A stretch of 64,000 nt of DNA, taken from the IMG/VR virus record IMGVR_UViG_3300046003_007892, positions 176,364 through 240,363 of that record, one strand, 5' to 3'. Both the position numbers and the translations under genes were made by a program. Positions 18,819 to 29,228 of the stretch are shown in pieces (the first letter of the stretch is position 1; each line of letters opens with the position of its first letter). The notes below the pieces were generated by a model. The model did not search any database and was not told where the DNA came from. It saw only the letters and a program-made list of their open reading frames with translations.

Positions 18819-19445
18819 ATGATTTTCTCCCGCATCCACATGAACAAACGGGTCCTGCGTCGTGCACTCGACGAGATCATTCCCGGAAAATGGTTTGTGC
18901 CCTCATATGCGCTCGTCCCGGCGCCGCGAGGAACGCGAGGTGGTGGTGCGTTCGCTGTCTTCCAGGATGCCGCGACGGCGATGAAGGCCTATTTGGTCGT
19001 GAACGTCACGAGCAGTGTCGAGATCGACGATGAACAACATCGCAAACGCGCCCTCTATGGCCGCATGAATGAGTTCTATCCGTGGGAAGATGCACCGAAT
19101 CGGGAGCTACCCCATGACGGATATCTGATCGTCAAGGTCGATGACACCATCGAAACAGCGACCTTCGTTCCATTGGGGCGCCAACTAACCTTCAAAGAGA
19201 TTTGTGAGATTCTGGGAAGCCGCGCTCGTGCGCTCGGAAACGTCCGACTACAGGGGCATCGCGGTGAACTCTACTCCGGGGACAAGTCGATCAGCACGGC
19301 GGTCGAAGATTCGCGCTGGCCCGAAAACCAACTCGGCTCCCGTTTGGGAAGGTTCGGGCGATTCGCTGACCGAAGAATCTATTCCTATCTCAACGTTCCT
19401 CGTCTTCACGGCACCATTTTGATTACCATCGGTCGGGCCCGCTAA
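18819..19445 (+). CDS. Hypothetical protein
   Basis: ORF directly after promoter. Confidence 0.6.
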   Translation: MIFSRIHMNKRVLRRALDEIIPGKWFVPSYALVPAPRGTRGGGAFAVFQDAATAMKAYLVVNVTSSVEIDDEQHRKRALYGRMNEFYPWEDAPNRELPHDGYLIVKVDDTIETATFVPLGRQLTFKEICEILGSRARALGNVRLQGHRGELYSGDKSISTAVEDSRWPENQLGSRLGRFGRFADRRIYSYLNVPRLHGTILITIGRAR

Positions 19446-19454
19446 ACTATTTAC

Positions 19455-19482
19455 TTGACAAGTTATCGGCATGCCTTAAGTT
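19455..19482 (+). promoter_or_regulatory. Sigma70-type early promoter
   Basis: TTGACA-N16-TAAGTT. Confidence 0.7.
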
Positions 19483-19507
19483 GGGGTCATCAACCGCGAG
19501 GAACGAC

Positions 19508-19675
19508 ATGCCTGACTTTGACGCCGCCGAACTCGAAATCATCGCCCGTCTGGTTCTGAAAGAGCACGCCCGCCTCGAAAGCATGCTGGACGGCCTGTCG
19601 CCGGACGCCAGCGACCGCGCCCGCCTTGAGCCCGAGATGGCCCGCCTGTCGGCCCTCTACAACAAAGCCTCGTAA
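19508..19675 (+). CDS. Small hypothetical protein
   Basis: GAGGA RBS. Confidence 0.6.
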   Translation: MPDFDAAELEIIARLVLKEHARLESMLDGLSPDASDRARLEPEMARLSALYNKAS

Positions 19676-19685
19676 GGAGATCGAG

Positions 19686-19826
19686 ATGCCCGATTGGCCC
19701 GAACAAGAACTCGCCGCCCATGCCGCTTGGCTCGACGCCGAGAAAGCTGAGGAGAACTTCCTCGCCACCGGCATTCCCTCGCAGGAAGAAATCGAAGCTC
19801 AACTGGAGCGTCTGGCTTTCGCCTAA
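19686..19826 (+). CDS. Small acidic hypothetical protein
   Basis: AAGGAG RBS. Confidence 0.6.
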   Translation: MPDWPEQELAAHAAWLDAEKAEENFLATGIPSQEEIEAQLERLAFA

Positions 19827-20137
19827 CCCCACGCGAGTTTGAACTTAAGGCAGTCCAGGTCGTCCTCGAAAGAGTAGGCGAACCTGGACTTTCCTTTTGT
19901 GAAAAATTGATAGGTCACTCGAAGCATACGACCGCCGTGCACGATAGCTTCGAGGCCACGGCACCAGATTACGCCACTTCGATAGTGTTGCACGATCTCT
20001 CCGGTGACGTTCTCCAACATCCAGTTCATCATCGCTTCGTGATCGTCCACGTAGATCGCACGGGACACGGCGATGAATGGCAAGCTGGTTTCGTGCAGGA
20101 TAGCGCGTTCGATTTCTTCGGGGGTATCGGCCATCAT
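19823..20137 (-). CDS. Hypothetical protein (F-x4-D...F.L.WG family)
   Basis: Ends YSFEDDLDCLKFKLAWG; ATGA overlap with GNAT gene. Confidence 0.65.
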   Translation of the reverse strand: MMADTPEEIERAILHETSLPFIAVSRAIYVDDHEAMMNWMLENVTGEIVQHYRSGVIWCRGLEAIVHGGRMLRVTYQFFTKGKSRFAYSFEDDLDCLKFKLAWG

Positions 20138-20790
20138 GGGAAGTTGAGGTCCACACCCAGCGGCTCGTAAGCGGTCTCTTCGGGCCCGGCGAAATCCTCC
20201 CAATCGTCATCGGTCCAGCTTCGATTGAGGTTGTTCGTCCCTCCGAAGCCAAACTCCTCGACGTTCCGAGCCAGGAAATCCTGGTTCATCATCACTTCAG
20301 CGGCGTTCGGCGCGCAGCGATGATCGCGGTAGAGCATCTTCATCCGCACGCCGGAGAAGGCCGACCATAGCCAGTTCCTCTCCGGGATAATCGTCATGCC
20401 GCTGTGCTGGATGAACCGCTCGTAGGAGGATTCTCGCCAGAACCCGACCGTTCGATGGAACGACCTCGGGAACAGCTTGGTAGCCTGCTGCCACATCTCG
20501 TGGCCATAGCCTCGACCCTGGTGCTCTGGCAGAACGTAGATGCCGCGAATGCGGGTCAGGCGGTCGCTGATGTTGTAGATCGACGTGTAGCCGATCACGT
20601 CCCCCGCCGCGTTGACGGCTTCGCAGGGGAAGAAGCAGATACGGTCGCGCCATTCCCCAAACGGATATTCGATGATCTGATAGGGGTTGTTGACGATGGG
20701 AATAGAGCGGGGGTCCGCTTCAGCTTTCCAGAGCGGCGCAATACCGTCTTGAAAGGCTTCCCAGGTGATGACGCGTATACGGCAATCCAA
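20134..20790 (-). CDS. GNAT-family acetyltransferase
   Basis: TRIRGIYVLPEHQGRGYGHEMW acetyl-CoA binding motif. Confidence 0.75.
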   Translation of the reverse strand: MDCRIRVITWEAFQDGIAPLWKAEADPRSIPIVNNPYQIIEYPFGEWRDRICFFPCEAVNAAGDVIGYTSIYNISDRLTRIRGIYVLPEHQGRGYGHEMWQQATKLFPRSFHRTVGFWRESSYERFIQHSGMTIIPERNWLWSAFSGVRMKMLYRDHRCAPNAAEVMMNQDFLARNVEEFGFGGTNNLNRSWTDDDWEDFAGPEETAYEPLGVDLNFP

Positions 20791-20924
20791 AATAAGACCT
20801 CGCTAGTATGGGGCCATCATAGCAAGGTGGATTTCGGGATACGAAAAAATAATAGACAGAATGTGAAATTTGGTTCATAGACATTTCAACGCGACATCTG
20901 GTCGCGTCAACCAGGAGGGAATCC

Positions 20925-21761
20925 ATGAGACTGTCTCGTCTCGCGGTGCTCGCAGGCCTCGCCCTGTTCGCATCCGCCACCACCGCCGTCGAATACGCCG
21001 AAGCCCAGTCGCGAAGCAGCGGCTCGCGATCATCTTCATATTCGTCCTCGTCGCGATCTTCGTCGTCGTCCTATCGTTCCACGCCGTCGCCGAGCCGCAG
21101 CTATTCGGCGCCGCCGCCTGCTCGCGCCGCCGAGCCGCGCCCCATTCGGGCCGTCGCGCCGCCGACCGCCCGGCCCGTGACCCGTGACGCCTCCGCCGCC
21201 GCTCCGCGCCCCATTCGGGCCGTCGCGCCGCCGTCCAAGGCCAGCCCCGATGTAGCCCTGCGCTCGCAGGCCTCCGTGGCTCCGAAGGCCATCAACCCGC
21301 GCCCGACCACCACGGCCCGGCCCGCCATCGTCCGCGCCAGCCGCCCGCCCGCATACGTGGGCTCGAACGGCCAGAGCCGGTCCTTCTCGCCCCCGCCGCG
21401 ACATTCCCGCTACGGCAACACCTATTACGGTTCGCGTCCCTACCGCAGCGGCGGCTCGGATTACTACCCCGTCTACGGCAGCGGCCCCGGTATGGGCGAC
21501 GTGCTGCTCTGGATGGTCGTCGCCGACGCCCTGTCCGATAACGGCGAACGTCGCATCAACTGCGAATATCCGGCCAACGCCAGCGATACCCGCATCTGCG
21601 CCGACGCCCGTCGCGACGCCGCCCGCCAAGTTGGCGCCGTCTCCGCTGCCGCCCCCACCCCCGCGCCGAAACCCTCGAACTCGTGGGGCTGGATTCTCGG
21701 CTCCCTGGCCCTGCTCGGCCTGCTCGGCGGCGGCATCATCTGGTTCAACCGCCGCCGCTAA
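20925..21761 (+). CDS. Secreted/membrane-anchored Ser/Pro/Arg-rich protein
   Basis: Signal peptide MRLSRLAVLAGLALFA, low-complexity body with duplicated PRPIRAVAPP, C-terminal TM helix; AGGAGG RBS. Confidence 0.7.
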   Translation: MRLSRLAVLAGLALFASATTAVEYAEAQSRSSGSRSSSYSSSSRSSSSSYRSTPSPSRSYSAPPPARAAEPRPIRAVAPPTARPVTRDASAAAPRPIRAVAPPSKASPDVALRSQASVAPKAINPRPTTTARPAIVRASRPPAYVGSNGQSRSFSPPPRHSRYGNTYYGSRPYRSGGSDYYPVYGSGPGMGDVLLWMVVADALSDNGERRINCEYPANASDTRICADARRDAARQVGAVSAAAPTPAPKPSNSWGWILGSLALLGLLGGGIIWFNRRR

Positions 21762-21784
21762 TATCTGAGCGGCACTTATCGGAG

Positions 21785-21816
21785 AGGCCCTCTCGGGAAA
21801 CCGAGGGGGCCTTTTT
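21785..21816 (+). terminator. Rho-independent terminator
   Basis: AGGCCCTCTCGG-GAAA-CCGAGGGGGCCT-TTTT. Confidence 0.8.
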
Positions 21817-21818
21817 GC

Positions 21819-21846
21819 TTGACAAGATAGAACCATGCCCTAATCT
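21819..21846 (+). promoter_or_regulatory. Sigma70-type early promoter
   Basis: TTGACA-N16-TAATCT. Confidence 0.75.
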
Positions 21847-21856
21847 GAGTTCTATT

Positions 21857-22444
21857 ATGTCGAACAACAAGCTGACCCCCATCGAGAAGCTGACCGCTCC
21901 GGTCGTCTACATCCCGAACTTCCTGGAACGCCCGGAAGCCGACGAGATGCTGGCCGATCTGTGGGCCAACCTGCCGTGGATGGACATTCGTCAGGCCAGA
22001 CGTGAGTCGTGGATGAACGACTTCGACGCCGAATACACCTACAGCGAAGGCAGAGGCGAGCAGACCTATCCGGCCCAACCCTGGTATCCGTCGCTGAAGG
22101 CCTTGCAGGGCCGCGTAGAGGCCGTTCAGGGTCGCTACTCGGCGTGCTTCGTCAACGGCTACGCCAACGAGAGGAATGCTTTGGGCTTCCACTCGGACGA
22201 TTCGCCGACGATCAATCAGGCCGAACCCATCGCGGTCATCAGCCTCGGCGCCGAGAGGAGGATTTCCTTCCGTCCCATCGCCGACCCTGACCCCGAACTG
22301 ATCGAGACCATCATCCTCGGTCACGGGTCCCTGGCCCTGTTCCAGCCGGGAATGCAGTCCACGCACAGGCACGGCATTCCCAAGCACGACAGGCCCTGCG
22401 GCCCGCGTGTCAGCCTGACCTACAGGGACTTGAAGCCCGTATGA
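21857..22444 (+). CDS. 2OG-Fe(II) dioxygenase, AlkB family (ALKBH2/3-like)
   Basis: CFVNGY, GFHSDD (HxD), IAVISLGAERRI.F, GSL..F, HRHGIPK, RVSLTYR. Confidence 0.88.
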   Translation: MSNNKLTPIEKLTAPVVYIPNFLERPEADEMLADLWANLPWMDIRQARRESWMNDFDAEYTYSEGRGEQTYPAQPWYPSLKALQGRVEAVQGRYSACFVNGYANERNALGFHSDDSPTINQAEPIAVISLGAERRISFRPIADPDPELIETIILGHGSLALFQPGMQSTHRHGIPKHDRPCGPRVSLTYRDLKPV

Positions 22445-22857
22445 AGTCGATGGAAGCCCGCATAGACTGGCGGGCCTCAGACATCGCTCTCGACGTGACG
22501 TGTACGTGCGGACAAGAGCATCGGGTGGCCGGGATGGCAATCTCGGCCATTCGGTGTTCCTGCGGCCTCGTCTTCGAGCTTCCCAAGGTTCTCGTGCTCG
22601 AAACCAAGACCGTCGTGAGCGGGGCGGCGATCTACGATGTTGAGTCTCCTGCTCGCGACGTCACCCAGTCCATCGGCTACAAGGAACGTCGTCTGCGTGA
22701 TCTCCTCACAGACATCTACGTCGCCGTCATGCCCTACGTTCGGGGCGTCTCGGACCAGGATTGGGATAATCTCGCCACAACCATCGACGACGCCGTCAAC
22801 CATGACGCCTACAAACGGCTCAAGAAGCCCTGGCCCCGGTTCCCGGACGAAGAATGA
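22441..22857 (+). CDS. Hypothetical protein (CxC...CxC)
   Basis: ATGA overlap. Confidence 0.6.
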   Translation: MKSMEARIDWRASDIALDVTCTCGQEHRVAGMAISAIRCSCGLVFELPKVLVLETKTVVSGAAIYDVESPARDVTQSIGYKERRLRDLLTDIYVAVMPYVRGVSDQDWDNLATTIDDAVNHDAYKRLKKPWPRFPDEE

Positions 22858-23123
22858 GCAAGATCGTCGCCAGAGTGACGACCGGAAGCGGAAACGTTTT
22901 CGATATCAAGGTCGAGCCCCTTTATGTGGTCGGCTGGCTGAGTCGCATCTTCGGTCACGACGAGCACCGCTATCTCTCTGTCGAGCTACGGAAGGGAGAT
23001 CGGGTTGCCATCGTGCGGCAAGACTACCACGAAAATCTCAGCTATATGTTCCCTCCGGGTGTATTCGTGCTCTTCAAGGGCCCTATCACCGAAGAGCTTG
23101 TCCGGGCCTACTGGGAAATCTAA
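22854..23123 (+). CDS. Hypothetical protein
   Basis: ATGA overlap. Confidence 0.6.
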   Translation: MSKIVARVTTGSGNVFDIKVEPLYVVGWLSRIFGHDEHRYLSVELRKGDRVAIVRQDYHENLSYMFPPGVFVLFKGPITEELVRAYWEI

Positions 23124-23133
23124 GGAGAACTGC

Positions 23134-23526
23134 ATGCCCCCCATCATCGTCTGGAAGCCCATCCTGCGCCTTGAGGACTTCACCCACGGACGACCGGCTG
23201 GCCCGCATGATGTTGTCTGGCAGGGCGACGATTCCCAACTGGACCCCGGTTGGTTGGCGGCCAACGTTCCTGAGACGTCGGCGTTTCACGCCTCCGCCAC
23301 AGCATGGGTGAACGATCTTGAAATCGGCCACATCGGCGTCAGGTGGACCCCGGCAGTGCGGGGAAAACCTTACCGATTTTCCATCAACGCCTACTCGGTG
23401 TTTGACCCAAAGAAACGCGGGGGCGGGTACGGGAGAGATTTCTCGACTCCGGCCGCCGCCAAGGGCTACGTGGGCCTTCTGTTTTTCAACATCGTGGATA
23501 AGGCCGGTCTTATCGCCAAACCGTAG
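23134..23526 (+). CDS. Hypothetical protein
   Basis: AAGGAG RBS, start MPPIIVW. Confidence 0.6.
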   Translation: MPPIIVWKPILRLEDFTHGRPAGPHDVVWQGDDSQLDPGWLAANVPETSAFHASATAWVNDLEIGHIGVRWTPAVRGKPYRFSINAYSVFDPKKRGGGYGRDFSTPAAAKGYVGLLFFNIVDKAGLIAKP

Positions 23527-23538
23527 GCCGACGCGAGA

Positions 23539-23544
23539 TAAATA
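23539..23544 (+). promoter_or_regulatory. Putative late promoter TAAATA
   Basis: Upstream of MRTFLHIME gene. Confidence 0.5.
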
Positions 23545-23563
23545 GGTGGTTATGAACCATCCT

Positions 23564-23845
23564 ATGAGAACGTTCCTCCACATCATGGAGGCCACTCGCC
23601 TTGAAGAGTGGGGACAGGTCGTACCGGGAGTGAATACCTCGGTTGACGTTGGCCCCGGCGAGATCGCAACACAGGCTGCAAAGTTCGGAAACGACGTCAG
23701 TGAGAAGGGTGTCCCCCCGCTACTGATGACCCAAGATGAAGACCAGCCTACCGAAGAAAAACTTGACGAAGATGGCGACGATGGTATCCCCGATCTGGAA
23801 GTCGCCTACCAGTCTATCTTGACCAAAGGAACATCAGGACTATGA
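23564..23845 (+). CDS. Small acidic protein with LxE leader (start could be 23552)
   Basis: MRTFLHIMEATRLEE. Confidence 0.6.
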   Translation: MRTFLHIMEATRLEEWGQVVPGVNTSVDVGPGEIATQAAKFGNDVSEKGVPPLLMTQDEDQPTEEKLDEDGDDGIPDLEVAYQSILTKGTSGL

Positions 23846-24447
23846 GCGGAATGCGCGGCATCATCGACGCGGCCACGGCTGTGAAACCAGGACTCTACCC
23901 GACTTTCGAACTGTGGAGCGTGGCCGCCAATGCCGCCCTGCTGCAAGGCTACGGCATCGACTATCCCGACGCTGGTGCCGACGAGGACGACCTTCATCGC
24001 TGGTATCAGGACCATCTCGAACGCGGCGAAAGCGTTCAGGACTGCGCCCGAGCCTTCGCTGAGGATTACGATCTCTACGAGCCCGACGCCATTACGGCCC
24101 AAGACCTCAAACGCACGCATCCCATCCCGCCCCCGCCCACGAGCGCGCTGGAAGAGGATGAGTCCGCTCCGGGACCCGGTCCCCATGCCAATCCCGATTT
24201 CCTCCTGAAGGCGGCGTATGATGCCTTGAACGCGGTTCCTCGCACGCGCCTCTACGGTCTGTACGCGGATTCTTACAAACTCGCGGCGGCGGTGGGTGCC
24301 TATCAGCAGGGAGACAAGACCGTTCCGCTGCCTGACCTCCTGAAGTCCTGCAAGGACTTCCTCAATGCGGCACGCAACACCCGCCTCAACGGGCCCTTTA
24401 CAGACACCTACGCGCTGGCGCACGCCTTCGATCTCGCGAAAATCTGA
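23842..24447 (+). CDS. Hypothetical protein with internal ~40-aa duplication
   Basis: ATGA overlap; LLKAAYDALN..RTRL.G...DSY.LA repeated. Confidence 0.65.
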   Translation: MSGMRGIIDAATAVKPGLYPTFELWSVAANAALLQGYGIDYPDAGADEDDLHRWYQDHLERGESVQDCARAFAEDYDLYEPDAITAQDLKRTHPIPPPPTSALEEDESAPGPGPHANPDFLLKAAYDALNAVPRTRLYGLYADSYKLAAAVGAYQQGDKTVPLPDLLKSCKDFLNAARNTRLNGPFTDTYALAHAFDLAKI

Positions 24448-24449
24448 CG

Positions 24450-24776
24450 ATGATCGGAGACGAAGACGTCGCCTTCATCGTCGCCCGTCGCAAAGACAGC
24501 ATCAATCCATTTTCGGTAACGGAAGGGGTGGTGCTCGACTGGCGGAAGAACCCCGATCTCAGATGGTCGTGCATCAAGCACAAGCGAAATACGTTTGGAA
24601 CTGACCTGGGGTGGGTCGTGGATGTTCACTACCGCCATATCAGCAACGTTCCCGGTTTCTCATACTGGGTCGAAATCGACGACTGGAATGTCTACGGGAA
24701 CAAGAAACAGTTCATCAAAGACATCGTCGAGGCCAAACTGCACGGCGAATTCTTCGATCTGAGACGTCCACAATAA
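24450..24776 (+). CDS. Hypothetical protein
   Basis: Abuts upstream stop; ends at terminator. Confidence 0.6.
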   Translation: MIGDEDVAFIVARRKDSINPFSVTEGVVLDWRKNPDLRWSCIKHKRNTFGTDLGWVVDVHYRHISNVPGFSYWVEIDDWNVYGNKKQFIKDIVEAKLHGEFFDLRRPQ

Positions 24777-24805
24777 AAAAGGCGGGGATTGCTCCCCGCC
24801 TTCTT
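24777..24805. terminator. Bidirectional terminator between convergent genes
   Basis: AAAAAGGCGGGGA-TTGC-TCCCCGCCTTCTT. Confidence 0.7.
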
Positions 24806-24824
24806 CGTTCTGAGCAGAGGATGC

Positions 24825-26504
<1,680 letters not shown>

Positions 26505-26957
26505 TCAAGTGGGCTGGTTCTGCTCCATTTCGAGCAGGAAGTCGAATATCTTCCTCGTGAGCCGCACGTCGCGCTCGCAGTATACGAGCATGGCCGGGGT
26601 CAGCTTCGAGAAATCGCTGTGGTCGCCCTTGGGGAAGTCGAAGATTTCGCCCCACTCCCGCAAGCCGTGCTTCTGCATCTCCTTGACGAGCTTCCGTGAC
26701 ATCTCGCAGGTGTCATAGATTTTGTCCAGTGGGATATCGACGAGCCCGTCAGTGAGACGCTTGATCTGCGGGGCATCGAACGTCTTGAAGGCGTGTCCGA
26801 CCACAAGGTCAGCCTCCATGAGGAGCATCAAGCCTTCGGCAACGTTCTCGCCAGTGTAGTTGACATATTCGTCAGTTTCCCAGTCGAGCACACCCAGAAC
26901 AAAGATTTCGGTTGGGGAGAAGCCGTCGCACTCCACATCAGCCACTAGAATAGTCAT
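26505..26957 (-). CDS. Stand-alone DEDD 3'-5' exonuclease (Pol A proofreading-domain-like)
   Basis: ExoI ADVECDG, ExoII VGH....FDAP, YDT..MSR, ExoIII YCERDV. Confidence 0.8.
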   Translation of the reverse strand: MTILVADVECDGFSPTEIFVLGVLDWETDEYVNYTGENVAEGLMLLMEADLVVGHAFKTFDAPQIKRLTDGLVDIPLDKIYDTCEMSRKLVKEMQKHGLREWGEIFDFPKGDHSDFSKLTPAMLVYCERDVRLTRKIFDFLLEMEQNQPT

Positions 26958-27430
26958 ACAAGCTTTCTGAGGTCTTCGAGAACAGCTTCCAGTTCCCATA
27001 CCTCTGCATTATTCTTGAGTAGATTAGCACGAGCGGATATCACTCGTATATTTTCTTTTACATATCCTTTTCTGTGGTCAATCCGATCTATTGATACACT
27101 ATCAGGGCAGTATCCTTTGGAAGTTCGTTTTCCTTGGTAGCTTACTAGCTTGATACCCAAAACGGGGCACCGATCTGGAATGACGATGTCTTCAGGAGTT
27201 AGGTCGTAATCTAGTCCTAGTTTTTTGGCGCGATATTTGAGGCGGTAGCATATTCTGCTAGGAGCATTGCTGTTCGCCGCCGCCCGAGCCGAGATAATTT
27301 TGTCTGGGTGCTTTGAAGCGAAGGTCTTGTTTCTATAGCGGTTGCCGCAGATGTCTTCGCAATAGCGGGCTTGTCGTCCGCGATGGGGTCCGATTACTTC
27401 ACTACAGTTTCTACACGTTCTAGTTTCCAT
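26954..27430 (-). CDS. HNH endonuclease, probable homing endonuclease
   Basis: CPVLG, SVSIDRIDHRKGYVKENIRVIS.RAN.LKN; visibly more AT-rich than flanks. Confidence 0.8.
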   Translation of the reverse strand: METRTCRNCSEVIGPHRGRQARYCEDICGNRYRNKTFASKHPDKIISARAAANSNAPSRICYRLKYRAKKLGLDYDLTPEDIVIPDRCPVLGIKLVSYQGKRTSKGYCPDSVSIDRIDHRKGYVKENIRVISARANLLKNNAEVWELEAVLEDLRKLV

Positions 27431-27434
27431 CATC

Positions 27435-27440
27435 TATTTA
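27435..27440 (-). promoter_or_regulatory. Putative late promoter TAAATA
   Basis: 4 nt before ATG 27430. Confidence 0.55.
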
Positions 27441-27537
27441 GCAAAAAAACTGATGGATACAGTAGAAGAACTCATACTGTGCAATATTCGTGCGCGCGAA
27501 TACAGAATCAAAGTTCCGCTATACAATAACACTCTCC

Positions 27538-27565
27538 TGGACACTTTCCGCAAGTGTGGTATTAT
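27538..27565 (+). promoter_or_regulatory. Sigma70-type promoter with ACACT-N7-AGTGT palindrome over the spacer
   Basis: TGGACA-N16-TATTAT. Confidence 0.55.
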
Positions 27566-27622
27566 TGTATATGGCTCGGGGGAACCCGCGCTGGTCTTTG
27601 AAACCGTCTATAGGAGACTACA

Positions 27623-28384
27623 ATGCTGCACGATATCGTGGGCTCGCCGTCGAACCGTAAACACTGGTGTGGTCCGTCCGCACTGGCAGCGATCACGGGC
27701 CTCAACTACATGGCGGCCCTAGGCGTGTTCCAGAACATCCGGGGCCCCAACCGGGTTGGCCGCACGGCGGCGATCATGGGGGTCCACAATCCCGAGATGA
27801 TGCGGGCCCTGACCAGAGCCGGATACCGCACCCAGGAGATCGGGTTCGCGCGCGGGGCGACTCTTGCTCGCTTCCTACGCGAAAGAACGGACGAGCAACG
27901 TTCTTCGACCATACTGGTTAACGCCGGTCATCACTACGTCGTGGTGAAGGGCAACAAGGGCATCGACAACAAGACGAAGACCCCGGTCTTCATCTCCAAG
28001 ATGCCGGGTCGCCGCATGCGGATGGCCCGTGCTTGGATTGTCACCAAGGTGGCTCCGGCCGCCAAGCCCATGGCGCCGGTCATCGTCGCTCAACAGGCCG
28101 AAGCCGCCAAGGCGGCCAAAGCCAAGCTGGCTGAACAGGGACGCATCTACCGCGAGGTTCGCGCCCTCTGCACCCAGCATGGTTTCAAGATCGTCAAGCA
28201 CTCGGCTGGCGATTACGAGATCATGGCCGAGCGGGACGACTACTGGATTTCCGACGAACTGTCCGGCCGTTTCTCGGATGGCTACCCGGACATCCTCGAA
28301 TACCTCCAGTGGGCGGTCAAGAACAACGTCCTGCCCCAACCCCAACCCGAAGAAGAAGACGAAAAAGAACTCGTCTACGCGTAA
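27623..28384 (+). CDS. Hypothetical basic protein
   Basis: AGGAG RBS; WCGPSALAAITG...NAGHHYVVV hints at a cysteine-peptidase-like fold (uncertain). Confidence 0.65.
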   Translation: MLHDIVGSPSNRKHWCGPSALAAITGLNYMAALGVFQNIRGPNRVGRTAAIMGVHNPEMMRALTRAGYRTQEIGFARGATLARFLRERTDEQRSSTILVNAGHHYVVVKGNKGIDNKTKTPVFISKMPGRRMRMARAWIVTKVAPAAKPMAPVIVAQQAEAAKAAKAKLAEQGRIYREVRALCTQHGFKIVKHSAGDYEIMAERDDYWISDELSGRFSDGYPDILEYLQWAVKNNVLPQPQPEEEDEKELVYA

Positions 28385-28390
28385 AGGAAG

Positions 28391-28418
28391 AACCCCGGTC
28401 GAAAGGCCGGGGTTTTTC
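28391..28418 (+). terminator. Rho-independent terminator
   Basis: AACCCCGGTC-GAAA-GGCCGGGGTT-TTT. Confidence 0.8.
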
Positions 28419-28431
28419 TGTGCCCGTCGCA

Positions 28432-28437
28432 TAAATA
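28432..28437 (+). promoter_or_regulatory. Putative late promoter TAAATA
   Basis: 20 nt before ATG 28458, AGGAG RBS between. Confidence 0.55.
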
Positions 28438-28457
28438 CTCCACACTAGGAGTTCAAC

Positions 28458-29228
28458 ATGCGCGACTTTCTCAAGATCATCATGGAAGCACAGGCCCCGA
28501 AGCCCGGCTTCGCGACTACCCACCGCTACCCGGACGGTGAAGTCTATCACACTGAATACGACGCCCCCGAAGAGGGAACTCGGGTTCGTGATCGCAACAC
28601 CGGTCGAGAAGGTGTCATGCAAGGCTGTGAGCCGAGCCACCACGGTGAAGAGTATTCGCCCGATTGCTTCGTCGCGTGGGACGATGATCAGGACCCCAAA
28701 ACTCCCGAGACCCCCTATGTCGCGCGCACGACCCTGGCTGAGATCGAGCCCCTCGAACCGGCCGCCACGTCTGCCGCCCCGATGGCCGAAGGCCGCGCAG
28801 GAGCGTTCGCCCGCCTCCTCATGCTGGAACGCCTGAACAAGCCCGCCGAGACTCCAGTCTTCAAGGGCAAATATCACGACGTCGTTCCCAACAGCGGTAA
28901 GTTCGACGTCATCGTCCGTAACACGGGCAAGGTTGTCGGCACTGGTTATGGCTCCACTGCGGAGGCCATTGGTAGCGCGAAGCTCAAGGACTCGCGTTCG
29001 GATGGTGAAGACGTCGGCGCGAATTTGAGAAACCTGGAAGTCGCAGAAAGCGAACACCATGAAGTCGTTCCCAAGGGGACGAAGTTCGACATCCGTGACC
29101 GGTCTTCTGGGCGCACGGTCGGTATGGGATATGACAGCGAGGAAGCGGCGGAAGAAAGCGCGGTCCTTAAAGATCGCCGCAAAAACGGCGAAGACGTCGG
29201 CAACGGGATGCGAAACTTCGACGACTAA
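28458..29228 (+). CDS. Putative virion-internal protein with tandem C-terminal domain duplication
   Basis: Leader MRDFLKIIME; two copies of H.VVP...KFD.....G..VG.GY.S...A...A.LKD.R..GEDVG...RN. Confidence 0.7.
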   Translation: MRDFLKIIMEAQAPKPGFATTHRYPDGEVYHTEYDAPEEGTRVRDRNTGREGVMQGCEPSHHGEEYSPDCFVAWDDDQDPKTPETPYVARTTLAEIEPLEPAATSAAPMAEGRAGAFARLLMLERLNKPAETPVFKGKYHDVVPNSGKFDVIVRNTGKVVGTGYGSTAEAIGSAKLKDSRSDGEDVGANLRNLEVAESEHHEVVPKGTKFDIRDRSSGRTVGMGYDSEEAAEESAVLKDRRKNGEDVGNGMRNFDD

